This document shows, one piece after another, positions 44,055 to 55,181 of a stretch of 64,000 nt of DNA. Position numbers and translations under genes: made by a program. Location: positions 1,161 through 65,160 of the forward strand of contig JALONV010000006.1 of assembly GCA_025454755.1 (NCBI GenBank), given 5' to 3'. The notes under the pieces are model-generated. The model saw only the letters and a list, made by a program, of their open reading frames with translations, searched no databases and was not told where the DNA came from. This DNA is from Bacteroidales bacterium. Its GTDB lineage: Bacteria > Bacteroidota > Bacteroidia > Bacteroidales > VadinHA17. Position 1 is the stretch's first letter, and each line of letters opens with the position of its first letter.

Positions 44055-46211
44055 CTATTCCTCTTCTTCCTCTTCAGTATAAGCTTTAATAACAGCCTCC
44101 TGAACGTCAGATGAAACCGGTGCGTACTCGGAGAATTTCATCGTGTACATTGCGCGGCCTCCGGTAATAGAGCTGAGTGCTGTCGAATACTTATTCATTT
44201 CAGCAAGCGGTACTCTTGCCTTGATAACTTCAAACCTCTTTTCACTTGACATTCCGAGGACCATTCCGCGGCGTCCCTGAAGATCGCTGATAACATCGCC
44301 CATTCGGTCCGACGGAACCATGATCTCTACCTCATAAACAGGTTCGAGGATCTTCGGATTTGCCTTTTTGAAAGCCTGGCTGAAGGCATTCCTTCCTGCC
44401 AGCCTGAAGGAAATTTCGTTCGAATCAACCGGGTGCATCTTGCCGTCATAAACATAAACCCTTATGTCGCGGGCATAAGAACCGGTAAGCGGACCGACTT
44501 CCATTTTCTCCATTATACCTTTTAATATAGCAGGCATGAAGCGTGCATCAATTGATCCGCCAACAATGCAGTTGCAGTAGATAAGCTTTCCTCCCCAGTC
44601 GAGTTCAATTTCATCTTTGCCTCTGACTGATAGTTTCAGATCTTTGCCCGCCATCTTCATAGTTGTCATTTCAGTTGATCCTTCCTCATAAGGTTCAACG
44701 ATCATATGCACTTCGCCGAACTGGCCTGCGCCACCTGACTGCTTCTTGTGGCGGTAATCAGCCTGGGCTGGTTTTGTAATGGTTTCACGGTATGGTATCT
44801 TGGGAGGATTGTAGTTTGTCGGTATCTTGTATATATTATCGAGATGCCATTTCATAATATTCAGGTGATATTCGCCTTGTCCGTGCACAATTATCTGCTT
44901 GAGTTCCTTGGAATACTCTATTATTACAGTAGGATCCTCGAGGTGCATCTTGTTAAGCGCTTCGCCAAGCTTCTCATCGTCGCTCTCACTCTGAGCCTTA
45001 ATGGCAGTCCTGTACTTGGGTGCAGGGAATTTCACTCCTTCAAATTTCCAGTCGTTGCCGGGAGCATTGAGAGTGTGATCCATCTTGGTGTTCTTCAGCT
45101 TTACAAATGCACCTATATCACCGGTGTGAAGCTCGGGAACCCTGGTTCTGTTTTTCCCGGCGCAGACATAAAGCTGGGAGAGCCTTTCCTTCGTACCGTT
45201 ATTGCTGTTAATGACATCCAGGTTTTCGGTGATCTTGCCTGAATAAACCCTGAAATAGTTTATCTCTCCGATATGTTCCTCGATGGATGACTTGAATATA
45301 TAGACTGATGTGGGACCAGCAGGATTTGGCTTGACTTCATTGCCTTTGTTGTTTTTTGGTTCCGGCATATCGGTTATCGAAGGAGCTTCATTCGCGATGA
45401 AATCCATCAGAACATCGGTGCCGATGTTATATTTTGCCGAAATACAGGAGACCGGGAACATGCCGCGTGTAAGAATACCTTTGGCAATACCTTTTCTTAT
45501 TTCATTTTCGTTTAGAGTGTTGTTGGCAAAGAAAACCTCCATAAGAGCCTCATCGCTTTCTGCTGCTTTCTCAACAAGTGCATTGTGCAACTCCTCTGCT
45601 TTATCCTTCTGGTCGGCAGGGATATCAAGGATCTCAGCCTTGCCGCCATCCTTGCTATAGTAGAGCATTTTCATCCTGAGGACATCGATTATTGAATTGA
45701 ATCCGACGCCTTCGTTTACAGGATACTGAACAAGGATTATGTTGTTGCTCAGTCTCTCCTTCATCATTTCGACAGACTTCTCGAAGTTTGCTTTTTCATG
45801 ATCAAGTCCGTTAATTGCAATGATCATCGGTTTATGAACTTTCTCTGCATGCCTGAAATGGATCTCGGTTCCAACCTCCACGCCGTTCTGAACATTTATC
45901 AGCAAAACAGCGCAGTCAGCTGCAAAAAGCGATGAGATCACTCCGCCGCTGAAATCATCAAGCCCAGGTGTGTCGAGGATGTTGATTTTCTTGTTCTGGT
46001 ATTCAGTATATAGAACCGTGGAGAAGATAGAGTTTCCGTTTTCATGTTCTATCGGACGATAGTCTGAAGCAGTGTTCTTGCCTTCAATGGTACCCCTTCG
46101 CTCGACAATGCCGCCGTTAAAGAGCATCGCTTCTCCCAGAATTGTCTTACCGGATCCTGAGTTGCCAAGGAGCACGATGTTCTTTATCTGGTCAGTCTGG
46201 TATGTCTTCAT
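44055..46211 (-). CDS. Elongation factor G paralog (EF-G2-like) lacking the catalytic histidine
   Basis: 718 aa with five-domain EF-G architecture. The P-loop GNSGSGKT is intact. Switch II is DTPGLDDF instead of DTPGHVDF, and G4 is NGLD instead of NKxD. Confidence 0.85.
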   Translation of the reverse strand: MKTYQTDQIKNIVLLGNSGSGKTILGEAMLFNGGIVERRGTIEGKNTASDYRPIEHENGNSIFSTVLYTEYQNKKINILDTPGLDDFSGGVISSLFAADCAVLLINVQNGVEVGTEIHFRHAEKVHKPMIIAINGLDHEKANFEKSVEMMKERLSNNIILVQYPVNEGVGFNSIIDVLRMKMLYYSKDGGKAEILDIPADQKDKAEELHNALVEKAAESDEALMEVFFANNTLNENEIRKGIAKGILTRGMFPVSCISAKYNIGTDVLMDFIANEAPSITDMPEPKNNKGNEVKPNPAGPTSVYIFKSSIEEHIGEINYFRVYSGKITENLDVINSNNGTKERLSQLYVCAGKNRTRVPELHTGDIGAFVKLKNTKMDHTLNAPGNDWKFEGVKFPAPKYRTAIKAQSESDDEKLGEALNKMHLEDPTVIIEYSKELKQIIVHGQGEYHLNIMKWHLDNIYKIPTNYNPPKIPYRETITKPAQADYRHKKQSGGAGQFGEVHMIVEPYEEGSTEMTTMKMAGKDLKLSVRGKDEIELDWGGKLIYCNCIVGGSIDARFMPAILKGIMEKMEVGPLTGSYARDIRVYVYDGKMHPVDSNEISFRLAGRNAFSQAFKKANPKILEPVYEVEIMVPSDRMGDVISDLQGRRGMVLGMSSEKRFEVIKARVPLAEMNKYSTALSSITGGRAMYTMKFSEYAPVSSDVQEAVIKAYTEEEEEE

Positions 46212-46265
46212 AATTTATGGTTATAATATTTACTTTCTAATTCTTATCCTAATCCCGGTTTTTAG

Positions 46266-46299
46266 CCTTCCCCCCCTTGGGGGGGAACCGAAAGGGGGA
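46266..46299. repeat. GC-rich hairpin element (B1-like)
   Basis: ccttCCCCCCC-tt-GGGGGGGaaccgaaaGGGGGat lies about 55 nt upstream of the EF-G paralog start codon. Confidence 0.7.
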
Positions 46300-46631
46300 T
46301 CTATGTTACTATATAATCAAATATATAATCCCTGTTCAGGAGGTGGCAAAAATAATAATTTTTGTAAAAACAGCTTAAGAAAGAGAACAGAATTACAAAA
46401 TATTTATTTTCTTTGCACCAGTTTTTTGAAACGCAGGAGTACCGGTTTTTCTTTCAAAGGTAAGTTTACAAAACGTTTTTCTCTGGGAAAAGTCGGGAAG
46501 TCACCTGTTCATAACTTACACCTAAGTTTGACCAGACATAGTTTCAAAACATGCTTCAGAGCCTGAAAATTGGCATTTCGGGCAGGTAAGATTTGTGCGT
46601 GTTATTGTGTTTAAGAAAAATATTGAACCAG

Positions 46632-46663
46632 TTTGCAAATAAGGAAAAAGAATCATACCTTTG
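46632..46663 (+). promoter_or_regulatory. Candidate Bacteroidota promoter of the rpsL operon (-33 TTTG, -7 TAccTTTG)
   Basis: TTTG at 46632-46635 and TACCTTTG at 46656-46663 are separated by 20 nt. The site is 46 nt upstream of the rpsL ATG. Confidence 0.5.
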
Positions 46664-46708
46664 CAAACCATTTTTTGAAGTAAAATTTAATACTTAATAA
46701 TTGGAAAT

Positions 46709-47083
46709 ATGCCGACAATTCAGCAGTTAGTCAGAAAAGGCAGGAAAGAACTGGTAGACAAAAGTAAAGCCCCCGCCCTCGATTCATGTCCTCAACGAAG
46801 AGGTGTCTGTGTCCGTGTTTACACCACCACACCAAAGAAACCTAATTCTGCAATGAGGAAAGTAGCAAGGGTAAGGCTTACAAACCAGAAAGAAGTAAAC
46901 GCTTACATTCCCGGAGAAGGCCATAACCTCCAGGAACACTCGATTGTTCTGATAAGGGGTGGCAGGGTAAAAGATCTTCCCGGTGTACGTTATCACCTCA
47001 TACGCGGAGCACTCGACACATCGGGTGTAGACGGCCGTACTCAGAGAAGATCAAAATATGGCGCCAAAAGGCCTAAAAAGTAA
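46709..47083 (+). CDS. rpsL: 30S ribosomal protein S12
   Basis: [12 protein letters not shown]..., PKKPNSA.RKVARV. Confidence 0.98.
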   Translation: MPTIQQLVRKGRKELVDKSKAPALDSCPQRRGVCVRVYTTTPKKPNSAMRKVARVRLTNQKEVNAYIPGEGHNLQEHSIVLIRGGRVKDLPGVRYHLIRGALDTSGVDGRTQRRSKYGAKRPKK

Positions 47084-47101
47084 CATTAAAGGAATAAGAT
47101 A

Positions 47102-47578
47102 ATGAGAAAATCAAAACCAAAGAAGAGGATTCTGTTACCGGATCCCAAATATAAGGATCCCTATGTAACAAGGTTTGTCAATAATCTTATGTACAACGGT
47201 AAGAAATCAACTGCTTACCAGATCGTTTACGATTCACTCGAAATCGTCGGCGATAAATTCAAGAATGAAGGTAAAACTCCGCTCGAGATATTCAAACAGG
47301 CTCTTGAAAATATTACACCTCAGGTTGAGGTCAAGGCACGCCGTGTCGGTGGCGCCACTTTCCAGGTTCCTATGGAAATAAGGCCCGACCGCAAGGTAAG
47401 CATCAGCATGAAGAATATGATTTCATTCGCACGCAAACGTACCGGTCATTCAATGGCAGAACGTCTTTCTGCAGAAATCATGGCAGCATATAAGCTTGAA
47501 GGCGGTGCATATAAGAAAAAAGAAGATACTCACAGGATGGCTGAAGCCAACAAGGCTTTTGCGCATTTCCGCTTTTAA
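47102..47578 (+). CDS. rpsG: 30S ribosomal protein S7
   Basis: 158 aa with the S7 sequence and operon position. Confidence 0.97.
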   Translation: MRKSKPKKRILLPDPKYKDPYVTRFVNNLMYNGKKSTAYQIVYDSLEIVGDKFKNEGKTPLEIFKQALENITPQVEVKARRVGGATFQVPMEIRPDRKVSISMKNMISFARKRTGHSMAERLSAEIMAAYKLEGGAYKKKEDTHRMAEANKAFAHFRF

Positions 47579-47603
47579 TTGATTAACAGGGCAGCGGCAG
47601 ATA

Positions 47604-49706
47604 ATGGATAAGAATCTGAAATATACCAGGAACATCGGGATCATGGCCCACATCGATGCCGGCAAGACCACAACGACAGAACGTATTCTGTTCTACACCG
47701 GTCGTACGCATCGAATGGGAGAGGTACATGACGGAAATGCCCAGATGGACTGGATGATTCAGGAACAGGAAAGGGGAATTACCATTACTTCCGCAGCAAC
47801 AACAACATACTGGAAATACAACGGCGAGGAGTATAAGATAAATATTATCGATACTCCCGGACATGTTGACTTCACCGTTGAGGTTGAAAGATCTCTCAGG
47901 GTTCTTGATGGTGCTGTTGCTGTTTTCTGTGCAGTCGGAGGCGTTGAGCCACAGTCTGAGACAGTATGGAGACAGGCCAACAAATACGGGGTGCCCAGAA
48001 TTGCCTTCGTAAACAAAATGGACCGTGCCGGTGCCGACTTCTTCACCGTAGTGCATGAGATTAAGGAAAAGCTCGGATCAAACCCGGTACCGATTCAGAT
48101 ACCAATAGGTGCTGAAGAGAATTTCCAGGGAATGATCGACCTCATTCACATGAATGCTATCATTTACAATGATGATGAAGCCCTTGGAACTAAGTTTGAG
48201 ATCATGGGGATACCTGTTGAGCTTGCTGAGGAGGCTGAAGAGTGGCGCGGCAAACTGGTTGAGGCTGTCGCTGAGGTTGATGATACCCTTCTTGCAAGGT
48301 ATATTGAAGATCATGAATCAATCACTCCCGAAGAGATATTCACCGCATTAAGAAAAGTTACTATTGCAGGCCACGCAGTGCCTGTGATCTGCGGTGCAGC
48401 TTTTAAAAACAAAGGTATTCAGAACCTTCTCGATGCTGCAACCGCTTTCCTTCCTTCACCGATGGATAAAGGCGCAATTACGGGAAGAGACCCGAGAAAT
48501 GATGAGAAAATAACACGTGAGCCGGACGATGAAGCACCATTGGCGGCTCTCGCTTTTAAAATATCAACCGATCCGTTTGTCGGACGGCTGGTATTCCTCC
48601 GGATCTATTCCGGAACCCTTCATTCAGGTGATACCGTACTTAATGTCCGGACCGGAAAAAGAGAAAGGATAAACCGTTTGTTCCAGATGCACGCCAATAA
48701 GCAGAATCCGAAGGAAAGCATTTCGGCAGGCGACATCTGCGCAGGTGTGGGATTCAAGGATCTGAAGACAGGCGACACTCTCTGTGCGATCCACAAGCCT
48801 ATGCTGCTCGAATCGATGGATTTCCCGGAACCTGTGATCGGAGTGGCAATCGAGCCTAAAACACAAGCCGATGTTGATAAGCTTTCAATGGCGCTTCATA
48901 AGCTCTCCGAAGAAGATCCGACTTTCCAGGTAAAAACCGACCCCGACAGCGGTCAGACAGTGATCAGCGGCATGGGCGAGCTTCACCTCGAGATACTGAT
49001 CGACAGGCTGAGAAGGGAATTTAATGTTGAATGTAACCAGGGTCCTCCCCAGGTCGCTTATAAAGAGGCCATTACAACATCTGCTGAATTCCGTGAGGTA
49101 TTCAAGAAACAGACTGGAGGAAGAGGCAAATTTGCAGATATCACTGTTGAGCTGTCACCGTCAGATTATGGTATCAGAGGCCTTGAGTTTATTAATGTGA
49201 TAAAGGGAGGGAACATTCCGAAGGAGTACATTCCTTCAGTGGAAAAAGGTTTCCGCGAAGCTATGTCGAACGGACCTCTTGCCGGCTTCCCTCTTGATAG
49301 TTTAAAAGTGATTCTAAAAGACGGTTCATACCATCCGGTTGACTCCGATGCACTCTCTTTTGAGATAGCTGCTAAACAGGCATTCAGGCATTTTGTCGGC
49401 AAATGCAATCCTGTTTTGCTGGAACCCATAATGTCGACGGAAGTTGTTACTCCCGAAGAATATGTGGGTGACGTTATCAGTGATTTCAACAGGAGGAGAG
49501 GCAAAGTGGAAGGTATGGAATCGAAAGCAGGTGCAAGGGTAGTCAGGGCAAAAGTACCGCTGGCAGAAAAATTCGGCTATGTTACAGTACTCCGTACCAT
49601 TACCTCCGGCAGGGCAACTTCTACCATGGAGTTCTCTCATTACGAAGAGGTGCCTGCAGAAATAGCTAACAGAATTGTCGAAATTACAAAAGGAAAAATT
49701 CTTTAA
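47604..49706 (+). CDS. fusA: Elongation factor G (canonical)
   Basis: [17 protein letters not shown] and NKMD are all present. 700 aa. Confidence 0.98.
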   Translation: MDKNLKYTRNIGIMAHIDAGKTTTTERILFYTGRTHRMGEVHDGNAQMDWMIQEQERGITITSAATTTYWKYNGEEYKINIIDTPGHVDFTVEVERSLRVLDGAVAVFCAVGGVEPQSETVWRQANKYGVPRIAFVNKMDRAGADFFTVVHEIKEKLGSNPVPIQIPIGAEENFQGMIDLIHMNAIIYNDDEALGTKFEIMGIPVELAEEAEEWRGKLVEAVAEVDDTLLARYIEDHESITPEEIFTALRKVTIAGHAVPVICGAAFKNKGIQNLLDAATAFLPSPMDKGAITGRDPRNDEKITREPDDEAPLAALAFKISTDPFVGRLVFLRIYSGTLHSGDTVLNVRTGKRERINRLFQMHANKQNPKESISAGDICAGVGFKDLKTGDTLCAIHKPMLLESMDFPEPVIGVAIEPKTQADVDKLSMALHKLSEEDPTFQVKTDPDSGQTVISGMGELHLEILIDRLRREFNVECNQGPPQVAYKEAITTSAEFREVFKKQTGGRGKFADITVELSPSDYGIRGLEFINVIKGGNIPKEYIPSVEKGFREAMSNGPLAGFPLDSLKVILKDGSYHPVDSDALSFEIAAKQAFRHFVGKCNPVLLEPIMSTEVVTPEEYVGDVISDFNRRRGKVEGMESKAGARVVRAKVPLAEKFGYVTVLRTITSGRATSTMEFSHYEEVPAEIANRIVEITKGKIL

Positions 49707-49708
49707 AG

Positions 49709-50014
49709 ATGAGTCAGAAAATTCGAATCAAATTGAAATCTTACGATCACAACCTGGTGGATAAATCTGCCGAGAAGATCGTAAAAACGGTTAAATCTAC
49801 TGGTGCAGTAGTCAGCGGTCCCATTCCGCTTCCTACCCACAAAAAGATCTATACTGTGCTGAGGTCGCCATTCGTGAACAAGAAGGCAAGAGAACAGTTT
49901 CAGCTCTGTTCATACAAGAGGCTGCTCGACATTTACAGCTCAACTCCCAAGACAATTGATGCTCTGATGAAGCTTGAGCTCCCCAGTGGCGTTGAAGTTG
50001 AAATTAAAGTGTGA
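49709..50014 (+). CDS. rpsJ: 30S ribosomal protein S10
   Basis: [12 protein letters not shown] signature and operon position. Confidence 0.97.
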   Translation: MSQKIRIKLKSYDHNLVDKSAEKIVKTVKSTGAVVSGPIPLPTHKKIYTVLRSPFVNKKAREQFQLCSYKRLLDIYSSTPKTIDALMKLELPSGVEVEIKV

Positions 50015-50035
50015 AACCAGTAAAGATTTAAAGAG

Positions 50036-50656
50036 ATGCAGGGATTAATAGGAAAAAAGGTTGGAATGACTTCCCTCTTCAACGAAGAAGGGAAAAATGT
50101 TCCTTGTACTGTTTTACAGGCCGGCCCGTGTGTTGTTACACAGATCAAAACTGTGGAGAAAGACGGATACTTTGCTGTACAGCTTGGATTCGATGATAAA
50201 AAGGAGAAGCACTCAACAAAGGCTGAGATCGGACATTTCAAAAAAGTCAGTACTGCTCCCAAGAGAAAAGTTATTGAATTTACCGGATTTGCCGAAGGCC
50301 AGGTCAAGGAAGGCGAAGTGCTTACCGCAGAACTCTTCAGGCCCGATAACTGGGTCGATGTAAGAGGATGGTCAAAAGGCAAAGGTTTCCAGGGTGTCGT
50401 CAGGCGTCATAACTTCAGCGGCGTTGGAGGACAAACCCACGGCCAGCATAACAGAGGCAGGGCACCTGGTTCACTTGGCGCTTCATCATTTCCGTCAAGG
50501 GTACTGCCGGGTATGAGAATGGCAGGACAGATGGGAAACGACAAAGTTATGTCGATAAGCATGAGAGTAATGAAGCTAATGGCTGAAAATAATATACTTA
50601 TAGTTAAAGGATCAGTTCCCGGTCCTAAAGGTGGTTACGTAATAATTACAAAATAA
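50036..50656 (+). CDS. rplC: 50S ribosomal protein L3
   Basis: [10 protein letters not shown] start, 206 aa. Confidence 0.97.
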   Translation: MQGLIGKKVGMTSLFNEEGKNVPCTVLQAGPCVVTQIKTVEKDGYFAVQLGFDDKKEKHSTKAEIGHFKKVSTAPKRKVIEFTGFAEGQVKEGEVLTAELFRPDNWVDVRGWSKGKGFQGVVRRHNFSGVGGQTHGQHNRGRAPGSLGASSFPSRVLPGMRMAGQMGNDKVMSISMRVMKLMAENNILIVKGSVPGPKGGYVIITK

Positions 50657-51285
50657 TGGAATTAGCTGTTGTTAATATTAAAGGTAAGGAAACCGGAAGG
50701 AAAGTTAAACTTAACGATTCCATTTTCGGTATAGAGCCTAACGACCATGCTATTTACCTGGATACAAAGCAGTACATGGCAAATCAGCGTCAGGGTACTC
50801 ATAAATCCAAGGAGCGCGGCGAGGTTGCTGCCAGCACCAGGAAGATCAAAAGGCAGAAGGGTACCGGTACTGCACGTGCAGGCAGCCTGAAGAATCCTTT
50901 GTTCAGGGGTGGAGGAAGGGTTTTCGGCCCGAGACCAAGATATTATGGTTTCAAACTGAATAAAAAAGTGAAAGAACTGGCAAGAAAATCAGCCCTTTCA
51001 TACAAGGCTTCTTCAAACAATATTATTGTTCTTGAAGACTTCAGCTTTGAAGCTCCAAAAACAAAGGAGATGCTCAAAATGGGAGCGAATCTGAATATTA
51101 CAGATAAAAAATCGCTTTTTGTTTTACCGGAACAAAATAAAAATATATATTTGTCAGCCCGAAATACGCAAGGAGTAGGAGTTGTAACTGCCAGTGAATT
51201 AAGCACATATGAAATTATGAGGGCTTCAACTTTAGTACTTGTAGAGAGCGCAGTTGACGTTTTGCAGGCAACATTTGAAAACTAG
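50656..51285 (+). CDS. rplD: 50S ribosomal protein L4
   Basis: Operon order and the [10 protein letters not shown] motif. Confidence 0.96.
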   Translation: MELAVVNIKGKETGRKVKLNDSIFGIEPNDHAIYLDTKQYMANQRQGTHKSKERGEVAASTRKIKRQKGTGTARAGSLKNPLFRGGGRVFGPRPRYYGFKLNKKVKELARKSALSYKASSNNIIVLEDFSFEAPKTKEMLKMGANLNITDKKSLFVLPEQNKNIYLSARNTQGVGVVTASELSTYEIMRASTLVLVESAVDVLQATFEN

Positions 51286-51298
51286 AAAAATTTGAGTG

Positions 51299-51589
51299 AT
51301 GAATATTCTGCTTAAACCGATTGTAACAGAAAAGATGACAAGCCAGGGCGATAAATATAATCGCTACGGTTTTCTCGTTGCTAAAGACGCTAACAAGTTA
51401 CAGATAAAAAAAGCCGTTGAAGAACTGTATGGAGTTACAGTCGACTCGGTAAACACGATGCGTTATGGCGGGAAAGTAAAAACCCGCAATACCAAATCGG
51501 GCCTTCTCGTGGGTAAAACCGCAGCTATTAAGAAAGCTGTCATCACCCTCGCCGAAGGAAACAAAATTGATTTCTATAGCAATATTTAA
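51299..51589 (+). CDS. rplW: 50S ribosomal protein L23
   Basis: MNILLKPIVTEK... The ORF track starts one codon earlier at GTG 51296. Confidence 0.95.
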   Translation: MNILLKPIVTEKMTSQGDKYNRYGFLVAKDANKLQIKKAVEELYGVTVDSVNTMRYGGKVKTRNTKSGLLVGKTAAIKKAVITLAEGNKIDFYSNI

Positions 51590-51595
51590 ACCAGT

Positions 51596-52420
51596 ATGGC
51601 AGTCAGAAAGATCAAACCTGTAACACCAGGTCAGAGACACAAGATCGTAAGTGCTTTTGATAATATCACAAGCACCACGCCGGAGAAATCCCTCCTCCGA
51701 CCGCACAGAAAATCCGGAGGAAGGAACGTTAACGGCAAAAGGACTATGAGGTACATCGGAGGCGGTCACAAAAAGATGTACAGAGTAATCGATTTCCTCA
51801 GGGATAAAGATGGCATGAACGCAACAGTAAAATCAATAGAGTACGATCCCAACAGATCATCGAGGATCGCACTCGTTGTATATGAGGATGGCGAAAAGAG
51901 ATATATAGTCGCCCCGCAGGGCCTCCAGGTAGGACATAAGATCCTTTCCGGGAAAAATGTTACACCGGAAATTGGAAATACAATGTTCCTGAATGATATA
52001 CCACTTGGTACGATCGTTCATAACATTGAATTGAAGCCAGGCAAAGGTGGTGCTCTTGCACGCAGTGCAGGAACATATGCTCAGCTCTCAGCCCGTGAAG
52101 GAAAATATGCAACAATAAAGCTTCCCTCGGGAGAAACAAGAATGGTTCTTACGGAATGCCGTGCCACGATCGGCACAGTATCCAATGCCGACCATAACCT
52201 CGAGAGATCAGGAAAAGCCGGCCGTTCACGCTGGCAAGGCCGCCGTCCGAGAGTAAGAGGCGTTGTAATGAACCCTGTTGATCACCCGATGGGTGGCGGC
52301 GAAGGAAGAGCATCCGGCGGACACCCGCGTTCACGCAGGGGTATTCCGGCCAAGGGTTTCAAAACCAGGGACAAGAAGAAGTATTCCGCAAAACATATTA
52401 TTGAAAGAAGGAAAAAATAA
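51596..52420 (+). CDS. rplB: 50S ribosomal protein L2
   Basis: [14 protein letters not shown]..., GGGEG..G motif, 274 aa. Confidence 0.98.
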   Translation: MAVRKIKPVTPGQRHKIVSAFDNITSTTPEKSLLRPHRKSGGRNVNGKRTMRYIGGGHKKMYRVIDFLRDKDGMNATVKSIEYDPNRSSRIALVVYEDGEKRYIVAPQGLQVGHKILSGKNVTPEIGNTMFLNDIPLGTIVHNIELKPGKGGALARSAGTYAQLSAREGKYATIKLPSGETRMVLTECRATIGTVSNADHNLERSGKAGRSRWQGRRPRVRGVVMNPVDHPMGGGEGRASGGHPRSRRGIPAKGFKTRDKKKYSAKHIIERRKK

Positions 52421-52430
52421 CTGATTTATT

Positions 52431-52694
52431 ATGAGCAGATCGATTAAAAAAGGCCCTTTTATTGATTTTAAGCTTGAGAAGAGAGTTCTTGAGATGAACG
52501 ATAGCGGAAAAAAATCAGTGGTCAAGACATGGTCGAGAAGATCAGTTATATCACCTGACTTTGTCGGACATACAATAGCAGTTCATAACGGTAACAAATT
52601 TATACCTGTTTACATCACCGAGAATATGGTAGGCCATAAGCTGGGAGAATTTGCCCCAACGCGTACTTTCAGAAGCCACTCGGGGAATAAATAG
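52431..52694 (+). CDS. rpsS: 30S ribosomal protein S19
   Basis: [10 protein letters not shown].... Confidence 0.97.
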   Translation: MSRSIKKGPFIDFKLEKRVLEMNDSGKKSVVKTWSRRSVISPDFVGHTIAVHNGNKFIPVYITENMVGHKLGEFAPTRTFRSHSGNK

Positions 52695-52723
52695 TAATGT
52701 AAACACTGAAAAAAATTACAGAA

Positions 52724-53143
52724 ATGGGTGCAAGAAAAAGAAATTCAGCTGAAGCGAGAAAAGAGGCCGCAAAGGAAAGATACCAGGCCATTCTCAGAAA
52801 CTGCCCGAGCTCGCCAAGGAAGATGAGGCTGGTTACTGACCTTATCAGCGGAAAGGAAGTTAACAAGGCTCTTGATATACTGAAGTACAGCTCACAGGAA
52901 GCATCACGCAGTCTGGAGAAACTCCTTCTCTCGGCAATAGCAAACTGGCAGTCAAAAAATGAAGGCGTAAGGCTTGAAGAAAGCAACCTTTACGTGAAGA
53001 CAATTCATGTAGACGGCGGCCGTACGATGAAAAGACTGCAGACAGCTCCTCAGGGAAGAGCTTACAGGTTGAGAAAAAGATCAAACCATGTAACTCTTGT
53101 GCTCGACAGTAAGAATAAGGAAGTTGAAAATACAACAAAATAA
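52724..53143 (+). CDS. rplV: 50S ribosomal protein L22
   Basis: Operon order and L22 core sequence. Confidence 0.95.
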   Translation: MGARKRNSAEARKEAAKERYQAILRNCPSSPRKMRLVTDLISGKEVNKALDILKYSSQEASRSLEKLLLSAIANWQSKNEGVRLEESNLYVKTIHVDGGRTMKRLQTAPQGRAYRLRKRSNHVTLVLDSKNKEVENTTK

Positions 53144-53148
53144 TACAG

Positions 53149-53856
53149 ATGGGACAAAAAGTAAATCCGATAGGTAACAGATTAGGTATAATAAAAGGCT
53201 GGGATTCAAACTGGTACGGTGGTAAGGATTTCTCCGGCAAACTGGTTGAGGATACAAAGATCAGGGAATACCTGAATGCCAGGCTTGCAAAGGCAAGTAT
53301 CTCAAAGATTATCATCGAGAGAACACTTAAGCTTATTACCGTGACCGTCAATACCGCACGCCCGGGTATTATCATTGGCAAAGGAGGACAGGAGGTCGAC
53401 AAGCTTAAGGAAGAACTAAAGAAGATTACCAGGAAAGAAGTTCAGATAAACATATTCGAGGTAAAGCGTCCCGAACTCGATTCAAACATCGTCGGAAACA
53501 ACATTGCCAGGCAGGTTGAAGGCAAAATATCATACCGCCGTGCTATAAAGATGGCGATGGCATCAACGATGAGAATGGGAGCAGAGGGTATCAAGGTCGT
53601 TATATCAGGTCGTCTCGGCGGCGCTGAAATGGCAAGAACCGAAACATACAAGGAAGGCCGGATTCCTCTTCATACCTTCAGGGCCGACATAGATTATGCT
53701 CTCGCAGAAGCACACACAAAAGTCGGACTTATCGGAATTAAAGTCTGGATCTGCAATGGTGAAGTTTATGGCAAGAGAGACCTGAGCCCGAATATCGGAG
53801 CAAGGAATGCCAAGAACAAGAGCATCAAAAGGAAGGGAAAGGAAAGATCCAAATAA
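53149..53856 (+). CDS. rpsC: 30S ribosomal protein S3
   Basis: [13 protein letters not shown]..., KH domain. Confidence 0.98.
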   Translation: MGQKVNPIGNRLGIIKGWDSNWYGGKDFSGKLVEDTKIREYLNARLAKASISKIIIERTLKLITVTVNTARPGIIIGKGGQEVDKLKEELKKITRKEVQINIFEVKRPELDSNIVGNNIARQVEGKISYRRAIKMAMASTMRMGAEGIKVVISGRLGGAEMARTETYKEGRIPLHTFRADIDYALAEAHTKVGLIGIKVWICNGEVYGKRDLSPNIGARNAKNKSIKRKGKERSK

Positions 53857-53887
53857 TTGAGTTTACAATTTTTTAAGAAATAATACA

Positions 53888-54307
53888 ATGTTACAACCAA
53901 AAAGGTCCAAATACAGGAGAGCCCAGAAGGGAAAAATGAAAGGCAATGCACAGAGGGGCAACCGTCTGGCATTCGGGTCATTTGGAATCAAGGCTCTGGA
54001 GCAGAGCTGGATCACAGGCAGGCAGATCGAAGCAGCCCGTCAGGCCGTAACACGTCATATGAAACGTGAAGGGCAGCTCTGGATAAGGGTTTTCCCTGAT
54101 AAGCCTATAACCAAGAAACCTGCTGAAGTACGTATGGGTAAGGGAAAAGGTGCGCCGGAAGGTTTTGTTGTACCGGTGACACCGGGCAGGATACTTATTG
54201 AAGCAGAAGGAGTCTCTTATGAAGTTGCCAGGGAAGCTCTCCGTCTGGGTGCACAGAAACTGCCGATAACGACCAAATTCGTGGTACGCCCCGATTATGT
54301 TGAGTAA
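53888..54307 (+). CDS. rplP: 50S ribosomal protein L16
   Basis: [14 protein letters not shown].... Confidence 0.98.
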   Translation: MLQPKRSKYRRAQKGKMKGNAQRGNRLAFGSFGIKALEQSWITGRQIEAARQAVTRHMKREGQLWIRVFPDKPITKKPAEVRMGKGKGAPEGFVVPVTPGRILIEAEGVSYEVAREALRLGAQKLPITTKFVVRPDYVE

Positions 54308-54324
54308 TAAAAATTTTTACAGAA

Positions 54325-54528
54325 ATGAAGATATCAGAAATAAGGGAATTAAGCACACCCGACCTTCTTGAAAGGATCGATACCGAGAAGACCATGATTG
54401 TTCGCATGAGGCTGAACCATGCAATCACTCCTCTCGAGAATCCTCAGAAACTGAAACAGGCAAAGCTTACAATAGCGCGTCTGCTTACAGAACTGCAGGC
54501 AAGGGAATCAAAACAGAAATCTAAATAA
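54325..54528 (+). CDS. rpmC: 50S ribosomal protein L29
   Basis: 67 aa and operon order. Confidence 0.93.
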   Translation: MKISEIRELSTPDLLERIDTEKTMIVRMRLNHAITPLENPQKLKQAKLTIARLLTELQARESKQKSK

Positions 54529-54539
54529 GGCTATCAGCA

Positions 54540-54794
54540 ATGGAAAGGAATCTTAGAAAAGAACGCGTCGGTGTTGTTGTCAGCAATAAAATGGACAAAT
54601 CCATCGTCGTTGCCGTCAAAAGGAAAGTAAAACATCCGATTTATGGCAAGTTTATAAACAAAACCAAAAGGCTGATGGCGCACGATGAAGAGAATTCATG
54701 CAATATCGGTGATACGGTACGTATTTCAGAGACCAGGCCTCTGAGCAAGAACAAAACCTGGAGATTGATAGAAATAATCGAAAGAGCTAAGTAA
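54540..54794 (+). CDS. rpsQ: 30S ribosomal protein S17
   Basis: 84 aa with KTIVV.V.R...HP.Y.K pattern. Confidence 0.95.
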   Translation: MERNLRKERVGVVVSNKMDKSIVVAVKRKVKHPIYGKFINKTKRLMAHDEENSCNIGDTVRISETRPLSKNKTWRLIEIIERAK

Positions 54795-54796
54795 TC

Positions 54797-55162
54797 ATGA
54801 TACAGCAGGAAACAAGGCTGACAGTAGCCGATAACTCAGGCGCCAAGGAGGTATTATGCATCAGGGTGCTCGGCGGCAGCAAGAAAAGATATGCCACCGT
54901 AGGCGATAAGATAGTTGTTAGCGTAAAATCGGCGCTTCCGTCAGGTGAAGCAAAAAAAGGTACAGTAAGCAAGGCTGTCGTCGTCAGGACTACAAAGGAG
55001 ATCCGCCGTCCGGATGGTTCCTATATCAGGTTCGACGACAATGCAGTTGTACTGCTTACCAACCAGGACGAAGTCCGTGGAACCCGTATTTTCGGCCCGG
55101 TGGCCAGGGAACTGCGCGATAAGTATATGAAGATCGTTTCACTTGCACCTGAAGTATTGTAA
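54797..55162 (+). CDS. rplN: 50S ribosomal protein L14
   Basis: [18 protein letters not shown].... Confidence 0.98.
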   Translation: MIQQETRLTVADNSGAKEVLCIRVLGGSKKRYATVGDKIVVSVKSALPSGEAKKGTVSKAVVVRTTKEIRRPDGSYIRFDDNAVVLLTNQDEVRGTRIFGPVARELRDKYMKIVSLAPEVL

Positions 55163-55181
55163 TATTTATAAACACGCAACA

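Noticed and set aside
46072-46566. 164-aa plus-strand ORF upstream of rpsL
   Set aside because: Its first third is antisense to the EF-G paralog's conserved N-terminus. It then reads through the GC-rich hairpin, and the sequence is low-complexity.
1131-53402. Many 60-270-aa ORFs in the track lying antisense or out of frame within long genes (e.g. 1231-1857, 18696-19496, 39542-40114, 41583-42020, 47583-48056, 52860-53402)
   Set aside because: Each is fully nested in a CDS with strong family motifs on the other strand or frame. None has recognisable motifs. They are treated as shadow ORFs.
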